This document shows positions 31,089 through 40,740 of a stretch of DNA of 64,000 nucleotides, in pieces. Position numbers and translations under genes: made by a program. The stretch spans positions 200,727 through 264,726 of the forward strand of contig CP064960.1 in NCBI GenBank assembly GCA_016699105.1. Reading direction: 5' to 3'. The notes beneath the pieces were generated by a model. It saw only the letters and a program-made list of their open reading frames with translations. It searched no databases and was not told the origin of the DNA. The DNA comes from a bacterium. GTDB lineage: Bacteria > Patescibacteriota > Saccharimonadia > UBA4664. Each line of letters starts with the position of its first letter. The first letter of the stretch is position 1.

Positions 31089-32061
31089 GTCAAAAACAAG
31101 ATATTTTGGTGACCGTGGTTTCGCCGGTATTGGGAACAGCCGAGGTGATGGCCGGTTTTGTCGAACAAACGAGCACCTTTTTACAGGAACACTATACCAA
31201 TTACGAGCTGCTGTTGGTGGATGCCGGCGCCGAAGAACCAGTCATGGACAGCTTGAGCGGACTGCTCAAAGACCTGCCATGTATCCGGCTGATCCGACTA
31301 TCAGCTAAGGCCAATCGCGACGTCATGTTGTTTGCGGGCTTGGAAGCAGCCATCGGCGATTATGTCATCGTCATGCTACCGGGAAGTGACCCGATTCGGG
31401 CCATTGGAGACCTGGTAGACACGATGCGCAATGGCTCCGATATCGTCTATGGTTTGAGTGAAATTCCAACCCGGCGATCGCCAGTAGCCAAACTGGGCGC
31501 CAATATTTTTTATTGGTATGGTCGCAAATACTTAGGATTAAACATCCCGCCTGATTCCACCTATCTGGTAGGACTCAATCGCCGCTCGATCAATGCGCTT
31601 ACCCGGATCAAAGGCCGGTATCGCCATGTTCGACACTTGACCCGTCAAGTCGGGTTTAAGACGAGCGTTTACCGGTATCAACCGGAGCCGATCGTACCAG
31701 GAGTGGAGCGGGGCTTGTGGGAGTCGGTGCGACTAGCCAAAGAGATTGTGGTTAGTTACTCGCAACACCCCTGCGTATGGTGAGTACGCTCGGTTTAGTG
31801 GTGAGCGGTGTCAACTTGCTGTACGCCCTGTACGCCATTGGCAATTATTTATTCAATCAACGGGTTAGCGAAGGCTGGACAACCTTGTCGCTAGAAATGG
31901 CCGTCATGTTTTTCTTCCTGTTTTTGATGCTGAGCGTGATCTGCGAGTACCTGGGACGCGTACTCGAAGAAACGCGGGCTCAACCGGCGTATCACATCAT
32001 GGAAGAGCTTTCGAGCACCGTGTTGGTGGCCGACGCTACCCGGAGAAATGTGCAGAAATAA
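31085..32061 (+). CDS. GT2 glycosyltransferase (DPM1/GtrB-like) with a C-terminal TM pair, read across a frame break.
   Basis: GT-A domain in 31085-31783 and the C-terminal membrane hairpin in 31777-32061 (…ICEYLGRVLEETRAQPAYHI, matching the GtrB/DPM1 C-terminal signature). Break near 31770. Confidence 0.65.
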
Positions 32062-32824
32062 CAGCGATTATCGATACGCCGATTGCAAGCCACACAGAGT
32101 CGGACAACGAGAAATTATTTCGGACTTTTTTTGATGATAATCGGTTTATTTGCGTTTGAGCTGGCACCAGTGCGAAGAAGACCAGTCCAGATATGATTGC
32201 AGCACCCAGCGGCAAGACGAATGGAACAAACATGAGCACAACATAGGCTAATGAGCGAATGGTAGGCTGGTTTACTTTGAGCGCAGATAGTAGTGGCGCC
32301 GGATATATGACCACAAGCCAGGTAAGTCGAATTTTAGCGATCGACGGATGATTGTCGGCCAATTCTTTACGCTGATATGCAAGCCAATAAATTGCGTATA
32401 ATCCGGTAGTTGTTAGTGTCAGAAGGGCAAATTTCCAAGTTGGCATTACGAGCAGACCAGAAGGCTGGCGGAAGTGAAACTGACGAACAGGTCGTTTGGT
32501 GAGTCTGATGCAAAACCTAATAAACCGCCAAAATAACCCGATACTGGCAGTTAGTAGCATGAGTACGACAATTGCCTGGGCGACTGAATCGGGGTTGGTT
32601 ATAGGACTCACGGCCAAGACGATAATGTAACCGAGCACACCAATTAATGTAGCCCAAAAATGGACGATTCTAGCGGAGTTTTGTTGCCAGTAAAGGTCGA
32701 TAAAAAGGCCATGGCTAGAGCAGCCGGTATCATGGCGAACCATGCGTTGGATTCGACTATCTGCAAGATATTTACGGGGCGATATTGCCGATCGTATAGG
32801 TGCTCGGCAGTATGATACTGGCAA
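32036..32824 (-). CDS. Membrane protein, hypothetical.
   Basis: 262 aa with about 7 TM helices. No motif recognised. Confidence 0.45.
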   Translation of the reverse strand: MPVSYCRAPIRSAISPRKYLADSRIQRMVRHDTGCSSHGLFIDLYWQQNSARIVHFWATLIGVLGYIIVLAVSPITNPDSVAQAIVVLMLLTASIGLFWRFIRFCIRLTKRPVRQFHFRQPSGLLVMPTWKFALLTLTTTGLYAIYWLAYQRKELADNHPSIAKIRLTWLVVIYPAPLLSALKVNQPTIRSLAYVVLMFVPFVLPLGAAIISGLVFFALVPAQTQINRLSSKKVRNNFSLSDSVWLAIGVSIIAVISAHFSG

Positions 32825-32963
32825 AAAGTGAGCCTGACCAAACCGTGCGTCGGAGTGAATTTAATGTGGATATTATTTTTTCAACATAATGAAACTTTCT
32901 TGTACTTTACAATAGTTCTATTTGTATGTATAATATACCTTTATTATTACCAATGCTATAGGT

Positions 32964-33410
32964 ATGAAAAACTTATTATTATCTGTTGCTCAAATAATTC
33001 AGAACAGGCAACGAGTCGTATTTATTGGGAGTATACTCGCTTGTCTGAGCTTGGCTGGAATAACTTTCGCTACTGTCGGAGCTAATCCTTTGCGGCAGGC
33101 AGGAGTCTCCACGCCCGCCCAGACTGAAGTACCCTCCAGCACGGCAGGTTCAATTACGCCTACCATAAAGCCTACGTCATCAATAAATGCTGCTAGCGAA
33201 ACACCTGCATCACAGAATCGCGATACTGGTGCAACCCAAAATGGTGTTAAGCAACTCATTGTATCGGCGAACACTATCACAGTTGGCACAACTGGCCATT
33301 CTAAAATATTAATAGCTCGTTCGCCTGATGGATTCGAACTTTGCTCTATTGCATCCGATTTCTCAGCTACAGGCCCGGCGGCTGTCCGTCCAGACGGGAG
33401 CCGGGTGTAG
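32964..33410 (+). CDS. Exported hypothetical protein.
   Basis: N-terminal signal/TM (FIGSILACLSLAGITFATV) and a Thr/Ser/Pro-rich linker. Ends with a TAG-TAA double stop. Preceded by an AT-rich stretch. Confidence 0.45.
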   Translation: MKNLLLSVAQIIQNRQRVVFIGSILACLSLAGITFATVGANPLRQAGVSTPAQTEVPSSTAGSITPTIKPTSSINAASETPASQNRDTGATQNGVKQLIVSANTITVGTTGHSKILIARSPDGFELCSIASDFSATGPAAVRPDGSRV

Positions 33411-33425
33411 TAAGATCTCCAATTT

Positions 33426-33864
33426 ATGTTTTCGACACCCCGCCAAGCGGGCACATACCGAGTGCGAGTGTTCGCAGACACTACCGAAAAAGTGCTTGGC
33501 GGTAAATACGTCCGGTACGAAACATACATAACGGTAGTGGCTGAGAGTGGCTCAAGTAATCCTATGTTTTCAATCGGCACCATTAATTTTACACCGATAC
33601 CAAAAAACAGAAGATGGCAAAGTGCAGAGTTTTCCAGTGTATATAAATTTGTTGGCTGAGCCTGGTCATGCCGGGTTCCCTCAAATGACCTACCAATTTT
33701 CACGTCCAGGTGCCTGCCAAACTGTTCAAGCGGCATATAATTCGGCATTTTTGTATAACTTCCGATGTTTTCCGGTGAATCAAGATCACGACTCGTTTAC
33801 AATTACTTTCCGCGCTTTCGACGGTAAGAGTGAGCAAGTAAAAACGATTTCTATTCAGTACTAG
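33426..33864 (+). CDS. Hypothetical beta-rich protein, possibly frameshifted (ORFs 33426-33659 and 33547-33864).
   Basis: Two overlapping ORFs in different frames. An A6 run at about 33601. Confidence 0.3.
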
Positions 33865-33875
33865 GCATGAACACG

Positions 33876-33924
33876 GAAACCGGCCGGTTCCCTGGAGGTT
33901 TTTAGTCCAAAGAACCGGCCGGAG
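33876..33924. repeat. GC-rich hairpin repeat, copy 1, immediately downstream of rfbC.
   Basis: GAAACCGGCCGGTTCCCTGGAGGTTT…GAACCGGCCGGAG. Internal 11-bp inverted repeat CCGGCCGGTTC/GAACCGGCCGG. A 26-bp core identical to copy 2. Confidence 0.7.
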
Positions 33925-33937
33925 GGGCGGGACAGGT

Positions 33938-34477
33938 CTAGCCATACGATGCTTCATACTGAGCCAGAGTCAGGCCAGCTTTGTCTTTGGCCGAAATGAG
34001 TCGTGGGGGTAGTGGCCAGTCGATGTCGAGATCTGCCATATTGACCACTCGTTCGGCCGCCGGATCGAAATCGGCGTCGAGAGCATAGACATACATGCTA
34101 CCCGGTACCAGGCTCATGGCACAGTTACCATAGCCGGGCGGAATGTAGAATGCCATGCTCGATATGTAGTCATTATGGAGGTGTTCGACGACTCCAAACG
34201 TATCAGTGCGCGGCAAGCGCAGATCGACAATTGCGCAGCTGAAACTGCCCGCCAAGACGAAACAGAGCTTACCGGCATTACTGACGTGAGCACCGCGGGC
34301 CGTCGAGGCATCATTACTGACCGACACATTGAGTTGGCGGAGTGGTCCTTGAAGCGGCCAACCGGCTTCACGCAGCGCCGGTTCGAGCAATGAAAGCTCG
34401 ATCGGAATAGCAAAAGCGCCCCGCGGATCTTCATGTGGATTGGTGGCGCGGAATACCCACTGCGGAATGCCTAACAC
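33938..34477 (-). CDS. rfbC: dTDP-4-dehydrorhamnose 3,5-epimerase.
   Basis: 179 aa cupin. RmlC-like motifs (…DPRGAF…, …RGLHVS-like RGAHVS…, …YIPPGYGNCAMSL…). Confidence 0.85.
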   Translation of the reverse strand: MLGIPQWVFRATNPHEDPRGAFAIPIELSLLEPALREAGWPLQGPLRQLNVSVSNDASTARGAHVSNAGKLCFVLAGSFSCAIVDLRLPRTDTFGVVEHLHNDYISSMAFYIPPGYGNCAMSLVPGSMYVYALDADFDPAAERVVNMADLDIDWPLPPRLISAKDKAGLTLAQYEASYG

Positions 34478-34541
34478 CTTGATAGAATGATGCCTGAAAA
34501 ATCATGCATGCGACATCACAGCCTTTGGTGGGTCGGGATAT

Positions 34542-34589
34542 GAAACCGGCCGGTTCCCTGGAGGTTTAAGTCCATGGAACCGGCCGGAG
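34542..34589. repeat. GC-rich hairpin repeat, copy 2, between rfbC and the upstream gene.
   Basis: Same 26-bp core and the same 11-bp stem pair as copy 1. The two copies are about 660 bp apart in direct orientation. Confidence 0.7.
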
Positions 34590-34600
34590 TGGTACGAATG

Positions 34601-35464
34601 TCAGGCTGCCGCACGCTTCGGCAGATGACGATTGGCGGTGAGATTGGCGTTGTATACCGGCAACAGCCCATGAAGGGCGGCTTCGCGCAGTACCTTCGCC
34701 AGAATCATTACAGCCTGGTCGAGGCGCTTAGCGATGAAGTCAGGGTTGTCCTGTTCCTGCTCGACCATGTCGGTCGAGTACGGGAAGTTACATTCCACGT
34801 AGCCGACACTATCACCATCTGACAAACTAATGACGAGCGGCCACCAGAGAAATTCCCATTGATTGCCGATCTGGTCATAGTCCAGACTTTCAACCAAGTT
34901 GAATCCGACAACATCCATAGCGCGAGGCCCGGCTGCTGAGTCGGGCGGCAACCCGGCACAAGCCAGAAGCTCTCCCATGATGGTCTCAGAAATCTGCTGC
35001 TCATAGGGCATAGACTCGAAAGTGAGCCGGTCTCGGCCAACGACCACCAAGTGGTTGCCCTCATTGACAGCAGAAACGATCTTGAACAGATTGTCGACCT
35101 GAGCCAGTCCAGTCTTCTCCGGTTCCTGACGCAGAGCTACCTTGGCGCCATGCGCGAAGGCAAATCGCAAACCTTGAAGGTTCTGCGGCGCCAGGCCACC
35201 CTTGTCGGCCACAAGAACCAGGGCACCGAGCTTGGAAAAACTGTCTCGAATCGGCTGGTTGACCGAGTCGGGTGAGGCGTCTACCACAATCACAGCCACT
35301 CCGAACTTGGTGTGGCGGCGACTCAAGCTGCGGTAAGCCACCAGTGTGGCCAGTGCCGCCTGGTAACGTGTGTCTTCCAAACTGGTGTAATATGTAGCCA
35401 TTACTACTACCAAGTTGTGCTTGCTGAAATCAGCCTTGGGGAGGCCAGCGCCGGTGTCCGGCAT
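34601..35464 (-). CDS. Hypothetical protein, possibly GT-A-fold / nucleotide-sugar-transferase-like.
   Basis: 287 aa. …NLVVVMATYYTS…VAVIVVDASPD… resembles a GT-A Rossmann start, but there is no canonical DxD. Confidence 0.4.
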   Translation of the reverse strand: MPDTGAGLPKADFSKHNLVVVMATYYTSLEDTRYQAALATLVAYRSLSRRHTKFGVAVIVVDASPDSVNQPIRDSFSKLGALVLVADKGGLAPQNLQGLRFAFAHGAKVALRQEPEKTGLAQVDNLFKIVSAVNEGNHLVVVGRDRLTFESMPYEQQISETIMGELLACAGLPPDSAAGPRAMDVVGFNLVESLDYDQIGNQWEFLWWPLVISLSDGDSVGYVECNFPYSTDMVEQEQDNPDFIAKRLDQAVMILAKVLREAALHGLLPVYNANLTANRHLPKRAAA

Positions 35465-35480
35465 GGGACTTCACTTCCTC

Positions 35481-36506
35481 TCAGGAAGAGTCGGCGGCCA
35501 TTTGGGCGAAGATCCCAATGGGCCGTTGCTCGTATGCGAGCTCGGTTTGATCATCAGCCAAAACGGTAGCAACGGTGCAATCAACGGGCTTACTGTCCTC
35601 ATCACATCGGTACAAAAAGAGCTCCGTAATACCAGCTACGGCCAACATTTCGCGCACGTCATAGAGGTCGAGACGCTGATAATGCTTGTTGGCATAAACG
35701 AAAGCAGTGGGTGAAGAAATTTGCACCACAACGTAGAAACTATCTGTTTCGTTGGAGCCGATCCAAAATTCGGGTCGGCCACCCAGGCTGCGCAGATAAT
35801 CATACGGCCGGAATCCTGTGGGTATCGTGAACGTCTCACCAACTGCCGGCATATCCGGAGCACTCCGGCCGATACGCGCCAGGTTATGGTCAAGTTCGTA
35901 AATTCCAAACTCACTCAATAACTGGCGCAGGGCAGGGATCGTCGCCACATAATACACCGGTGGTACCGACATACCGGCAGCATCCATCATCATTCGATAT
36001 TTCGCGTAAACAAAGGCTGTTTGCCCATCGGGGTAAACCACATATCAGCGCGCAAGCGACTGTATGCACAATGCCCTTCGACCGTTCCAAGATGCAGCTC
36101 AGGAACGGCGCCAAGGGCAGCGAAAAGATCAAAATACCGCGACGGAGCGCGGAATTTCTATCGTTCGCAGACCGGGGTAGGAATTCGGTACGGCACTGAT
36201 GACCCCGAGCTGTTCCAGATAGGCTCGCAGATCTGTGGTCGACATGCGGTAATGATCGAAACTGCCCGTTGACTCACCCTGGCGACGGATATACCGCGCT
36301 AGAAAAGCCTGGGTCGAATCGGACTGGTGGCGGTACAGCGACAGTACGAATTCGGCCGGCTTGGCGGCCGAAATTTTCAACTGCACTCGGGTGCGCAAGA
36401 CACCGCCAAGAGCAGCGATAGTTTCGTGTACCGGTAGTCCCTGAACTGACGTCAAACGCTGCCCAATCGGCAGAATCTCAACCAGATCACTCGTGATTTC
36501 GTCCAT
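35481..36506 (-). CDS. Hypothetical protein of about 340 aa, frameshifted (ORFs 36129-36506 and 35481-36041).
   Basis: Two collinear minus-strand ORFs separated by a short out-of-frame segment. No family recognised. Confidence 0.35.
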
Positions 36507-36567
36507 AGTATGGATCCTTTTGTGAGGGTACGATGAACGCAGAACATACTACCAGATATAACTACCT

Positions 36568-38558
36568 TTGGCAAACGGCAGCGGATTTGCCATACTAGCA
36601 AGTGTGAAGGCCATGTTGTACCGTTACCGCCATTGGTTGCCGTTTGCGGTGGGCTTGGTTTATGCCGTGATATTACATCTGATCCTGGGTATGGACGGAT
36701 TGTGGGATACCGCAAATTATCATGTGTATATCGGCTGGGCGGCGTGGCAGGGTTTGGGTTATGGTGCCGGGGCCGTGGCGCAGTACCATACCTACCTGAA
36801 TCCAGTGTTAGATATGGTTAATTCTGCGACGTGGAGTCTCCACCCAGCTGTGGGCGCAACAGTACATGCCGCGGCGTTGGGGGCGCGGTATTACTCGTAG
36901 TGTGTCGATTGGTCGATCTGATATTGCCAGCGATAGTCACGGGTCGGCGGCGGGTAGTCTGGGCTGGAGTGGCCGTGGCAATTGGGGCGACCGGCGCCAT
37001 GACGGTGTCGCTGTTTGGTACTTGGACGAACGAACATCTGACCGCGCTACCGATACTGGTGGCACTCTACATGGTGGTGCGGGCGGATAAGCGTTTGCCA
37101 TGGTGGCATTTTGGCATCGTCGGGTTGCTGGCAGGGTGGCTGTTGGTTGCAAGCTAACTGCGCTGCCGTATGTGGCCGGACTGGTAATGGCAGTGATAAT
37201 AGCCAGTTGGGGCCGGTGGCGCTGGTGGCTGGTATTTGGCGGCGGGCTGTTGGCCGGTTATGGTTTGACCGACGGGTTGTTTATGGTGTGGCGCTGGCAG
37301 GCTACCGGCAATCCCCTGTTTCCGTTCGCTCAAGTCTGGTTGGGGGACAAGCTGCGGATTGGCGACCGGCCAGCCCGTTTGAGTGGCGTCAATTGGGGAC
37401 TTATTTGGCACTCCCGTTTACGTGGTTGTACCGCGGCGATACGGCTGAAGCTGGGCCCATGCGTGATCCCCGCTTACTCCTGGCATATGCGGGTTTCGCA
37501 GTAGCTGGATGGTCGGCCTGGCGCCGACGGTTGAACCGACAGCAGGTGATGGTATTGGCGTTCTTTGCCACGAGCTGGCTGGTGGGGTGGGATTGTTTCG
37601 TATCTATAGGTATCTAGTGGTGTTGGAATTATTGGTGGGCGCTGTACTCGTGATAGCGTTATCACACTGGATCGGGCAATGGCGATGGCGACAGATACTT
37701 ACTGGGTTGGCAATCTTGGCCGTGGCATTGGGAGTGGGTACGGTGTATCCGGATTGGGGCCGGCGACCGTGGTCGGACCCATTTGCCCGTAGTAATATTG
37801 CGGCAACAGTGACTCTACAAGGAGAGGTCAAACGGCACTATATGCCGGGCCGCATCAAACTTATTTAGCGCCTGAACTGACAGCGGCAGGCATCTCGACT
37901 GCCAATATCATGTCACAAGCTTGGTGGGACGGGCCACGCGGCGATAATCCGGTGGATAAGCACACGGTAGTAGTGGGTTCATCCGAACCGGTGGTGTTTG
38001 TGCAATCGCAGCGCACTGACATCCGGGAGCTGAGCCCTTATCTACGGCGTTTGTACCCTGATCAATTTTGGTATTGTCTGCCAGTAAGTTCGAATATGAA
38101 GTGGCAACAGTATGTGTAGTAGTTTCGCAGTGGCGAACAGATGCCCCGGCTTGAGCTTGGACAAGTTTATTCATTTGCGGCCAGCGAGCTGGTGTTTGGC
38201 GACGGTTGGGGAAATGCCGAAAGTTCGTATCGCTGGAGCGCCAATCAAACGGCGGCTTTGTGGCTGCAGCTAGCCAATGTGCCAGCGGGATGCAGCTTGG
38301 CTGGAACACTGACCGGTCAGACGTTGGGGGCAAACAATTGAGCTTTCCATCAACGGACAGGCGGTAAATGCAAGCACAACCGATGGTTTGGTTAATTGGG
38401 TGTTTATGATGCCAGGCGAAAATATACCTGGGCGGAGAGAGCTAAGCCTGGTATTCCATTTCCCACAAGCCGCCTCACCGGGTCCGGCGGACAAGCGGTT
38501 GTTGGCGTTGGCACTCCAGACGTTGCGGTTTGATTGTGTAGCGACGGAGGGTCAGTAA
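36568..38558 (+). pseudogene. GT-C-type (PMT_2/ArnT-like) polytopic membrane glycosyltransferase broken into at least 6 frame segments.
   Basis: Segments 36568-36900, 36831-37157, 37100-37504, 37111-37617, 37509-37868, 37910-38119 and 38141-38558 are collinear and hydrophobic (…LWDTANYHVYIGW…, …FGGGLLAGYGLTDGLFMVWRW…). A C-terminal soluble domain is continued in another frame after a G5 run near 38330. Confidence 0.45.
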
Positions 38559-38561
38559 AAG

Positions 38562-40141
38562 ATGAACTTTAGCCAGTGGCGGCGGCGGTGGGGGCGCAAA
38601 TACCCGAGTGGTATTGAGTTGTTGTTGGCCCTGTATGCTCTTATTGGTCTGGGACGATTACCGGCGTTTCGCTACCAAATCAATCCTGACGGCGTAGCCT
38701 ACATAGACTTAGCACGGTTGTATGCCGACGGACAGTGGTGGACGGCTATCAATGCCTATTGGAGCCCGATGTTTTCGTGGTTACTGGCACCGCTCATTGC
38801 TATCGGGCTGAACCCGCTGATCGCCGGCAAATTAGTGCAACTCGGTGGCGGAGCCGGGTTGCTGGTCGCCATGTGGTTATTGAGTCGACATTGGCGGCCG
38901 CGTTGGATGGTCTGGAGCTTGCTCGGCGCCATGGCCGTAGTAATTTTAAGCTGGGCTTTGACCTATGGCACCACGCCGGATCTGGTATTGGCAGCGTTAG
39001 TGGTTGGATTTTGGCAGTACTGATGCGCGTTGATTTTGAGCTGCGGGCGAGGTGGGCGATTGGAGCCGGCTTGTTGGCGGGGTTGGCTTATCTGACGAAG
39101 AGTTATGCTTTGCCATTTATGCTGATCTTGACTGCAGGTTGGTATGGCTGGCAATTGTGGCAACAGCCGGACAAGCGCCAGCGCTGGCTGAAACAAGCCT
39201 TCATAATGGGGGCCGTTTGGCTGGCGTTAGTGGTGCCATGGGTACTGCTCATTAGCTGGAAAGAAGGCCGGCTGACTACCGGAACGGCGGGTGCGTACGC
39301 GTTGGCACTGTTTGGACCAGTACATCCATTGCAGCCGATGTTTACCCGGGGATTTCTGGAACCACCACCTGGAGGAACGAGCGTGTGGACGGACCCCACC
39401 CTATTAGATTTAACCCCACCTGGTGGGCGGGCATGGCTGAGTCCGAGCTATCAGTGGTTTTTATATAAGCAGGCACAACGCAATGTCGCCAGCTTGTGGT
39501 TAATTATTCAAGAAACATGGCTACTGTGGCTAACTGGTCTCATTGTAGGGGCAGTGACAGCCTGGGGATCCCCGCCAAGTCCGCAGCGGCGACTGATTTT
39601 GGGTCTACTGACTAGTATGGGGCTGTATACAGGCGGTTATCTCATCATATTCGTGGAGCTGCGCTATTTATGGCCGGTTTTGGCTCTCGGCGTAGTGGTT
39701 AGTATGGCGGGGCTGTCCCAGGTTTATCGGCGCTGGCCATATTCACAGCGACTATTTGGCGGAATCGTCCTCGGGTCGGTGCTATTGCTCGCCCAACCAG
39801 CCATCGACCGATTACAGGAGCAACAAGGTAAGGGTGCCATTTATCCAGAAGCAGCCGAACGCATTGCCGCATTGTCTGATAATCCAGTACGGGTAGTAGG
39901 CTCGCGGGGTCATTGGGACGAAAGTTTGTATATCAGCTACTTTTTGGGTGCCCGGTATGCAGGCACTTTGCCGCCTGGTTCACCGGAAGAAAGTTTTGCA
40001 CAGCTTGCGGCTAGGCCTGTGGATATCTTGTTGGTTTGGGATGACCCCCGGCGCCCGATTCTCGACTATCCAGGTTGCCAACTCGAGGACAAATTGGATT
40101 CGATGCCCGTGGCAATATTTCGCTGTACGTCCACCAGATAA
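38562..40141 (+). CDS. GT-C-type membrane glycosyltransferase (ArnT/PMT_2-like), read across a frame break.
   Basis: ORFs 38562-39023 and 38735-40141. About 526 aa with more than 10 TM helices. N-terminal loop …INPDGVAYIDLARLYADGQWW…. Confidence 0.55.
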
Positions 40142-40170
40142 AACGCTTGATATGGTATATTTAATATTGT

Positions 40171-40740
40171 ATGCGTTCATCTTCCCCATTGTTCAGACCA
40201 GTCACCCGGCGGTGGTTTATCGTGCTGGCCGTTGGTGCCAGTCTGGGGTTGGTAACACTGGCAGTATGGCTATCGAGACCGGCGATGTCGCCGTTGACCA
40301 ATACCACGATGCCGACCATGACGCCGACAGCCAGTCCGACGCCGGTGGCTTCACCAGGTCAACCTGGCAATCCGGGCGATGATGCCAAGTCCAACATTCC
40401 GACGGCTAGTGTGACACCCATTTCGCCAACAGCTACGCCGGTAGTCTCGGTTAAACTCAGTGAAGTTGGTGTAACCTATCAGGGAACCGGCCGGGTACGT
40501 GCGACCGCTCGGGTGGAAGGCGCCAGTGCCGGCTCGTGTGTGTTGACTGTATCGAAAGACAATCAGAAGTTGGAAGCCACTGCCGATATCGTCTTCAGTG
40601 GTAGCTATTATTCATGTAGTCCGACGGTCATGTCAGGCGTGACCGGGACAGGCTCATCCTGGAATGTCACGGTGACTGCCACCGACTCTAAGGGTAATAA
40701 GTCAAACACATTCACCGGCACCGTTGAGGTAATGGAATGA
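40171..40740 (+). CDS. Secreted/anchored Thr-Pro-rich protein, hypothetical.
   Basis: Signal-anchor (WFIVLAVGASLGLVTLAVW), a TP linker and a beta-rich C-terminal domain. Confidence 0.5.
   Translation: MRSSSPLFRPVTRRWFIVLAVGASLGLVTLAVWLSRPAMSPLTNTTMPTMTPTASPTPVASPGQPGNPGDDAKSNIPTASVTPISPTATPVVSVKLSEVGVTYQGTGRVRATARVEGASAGSCVLTVSKDNQKLEATADIVFSGSYYSCSPTVMSGVTGTGSSWNVTVTATDSKGNKSNTFTGTVEVME

Noticed and set aside
33876-34589. The two hairpin repeats as a CRISPR array.
   Set aside because: Only two copies, about 660 bp apart, with a whole gene between them. No regular spacer pattern and no cas genes.
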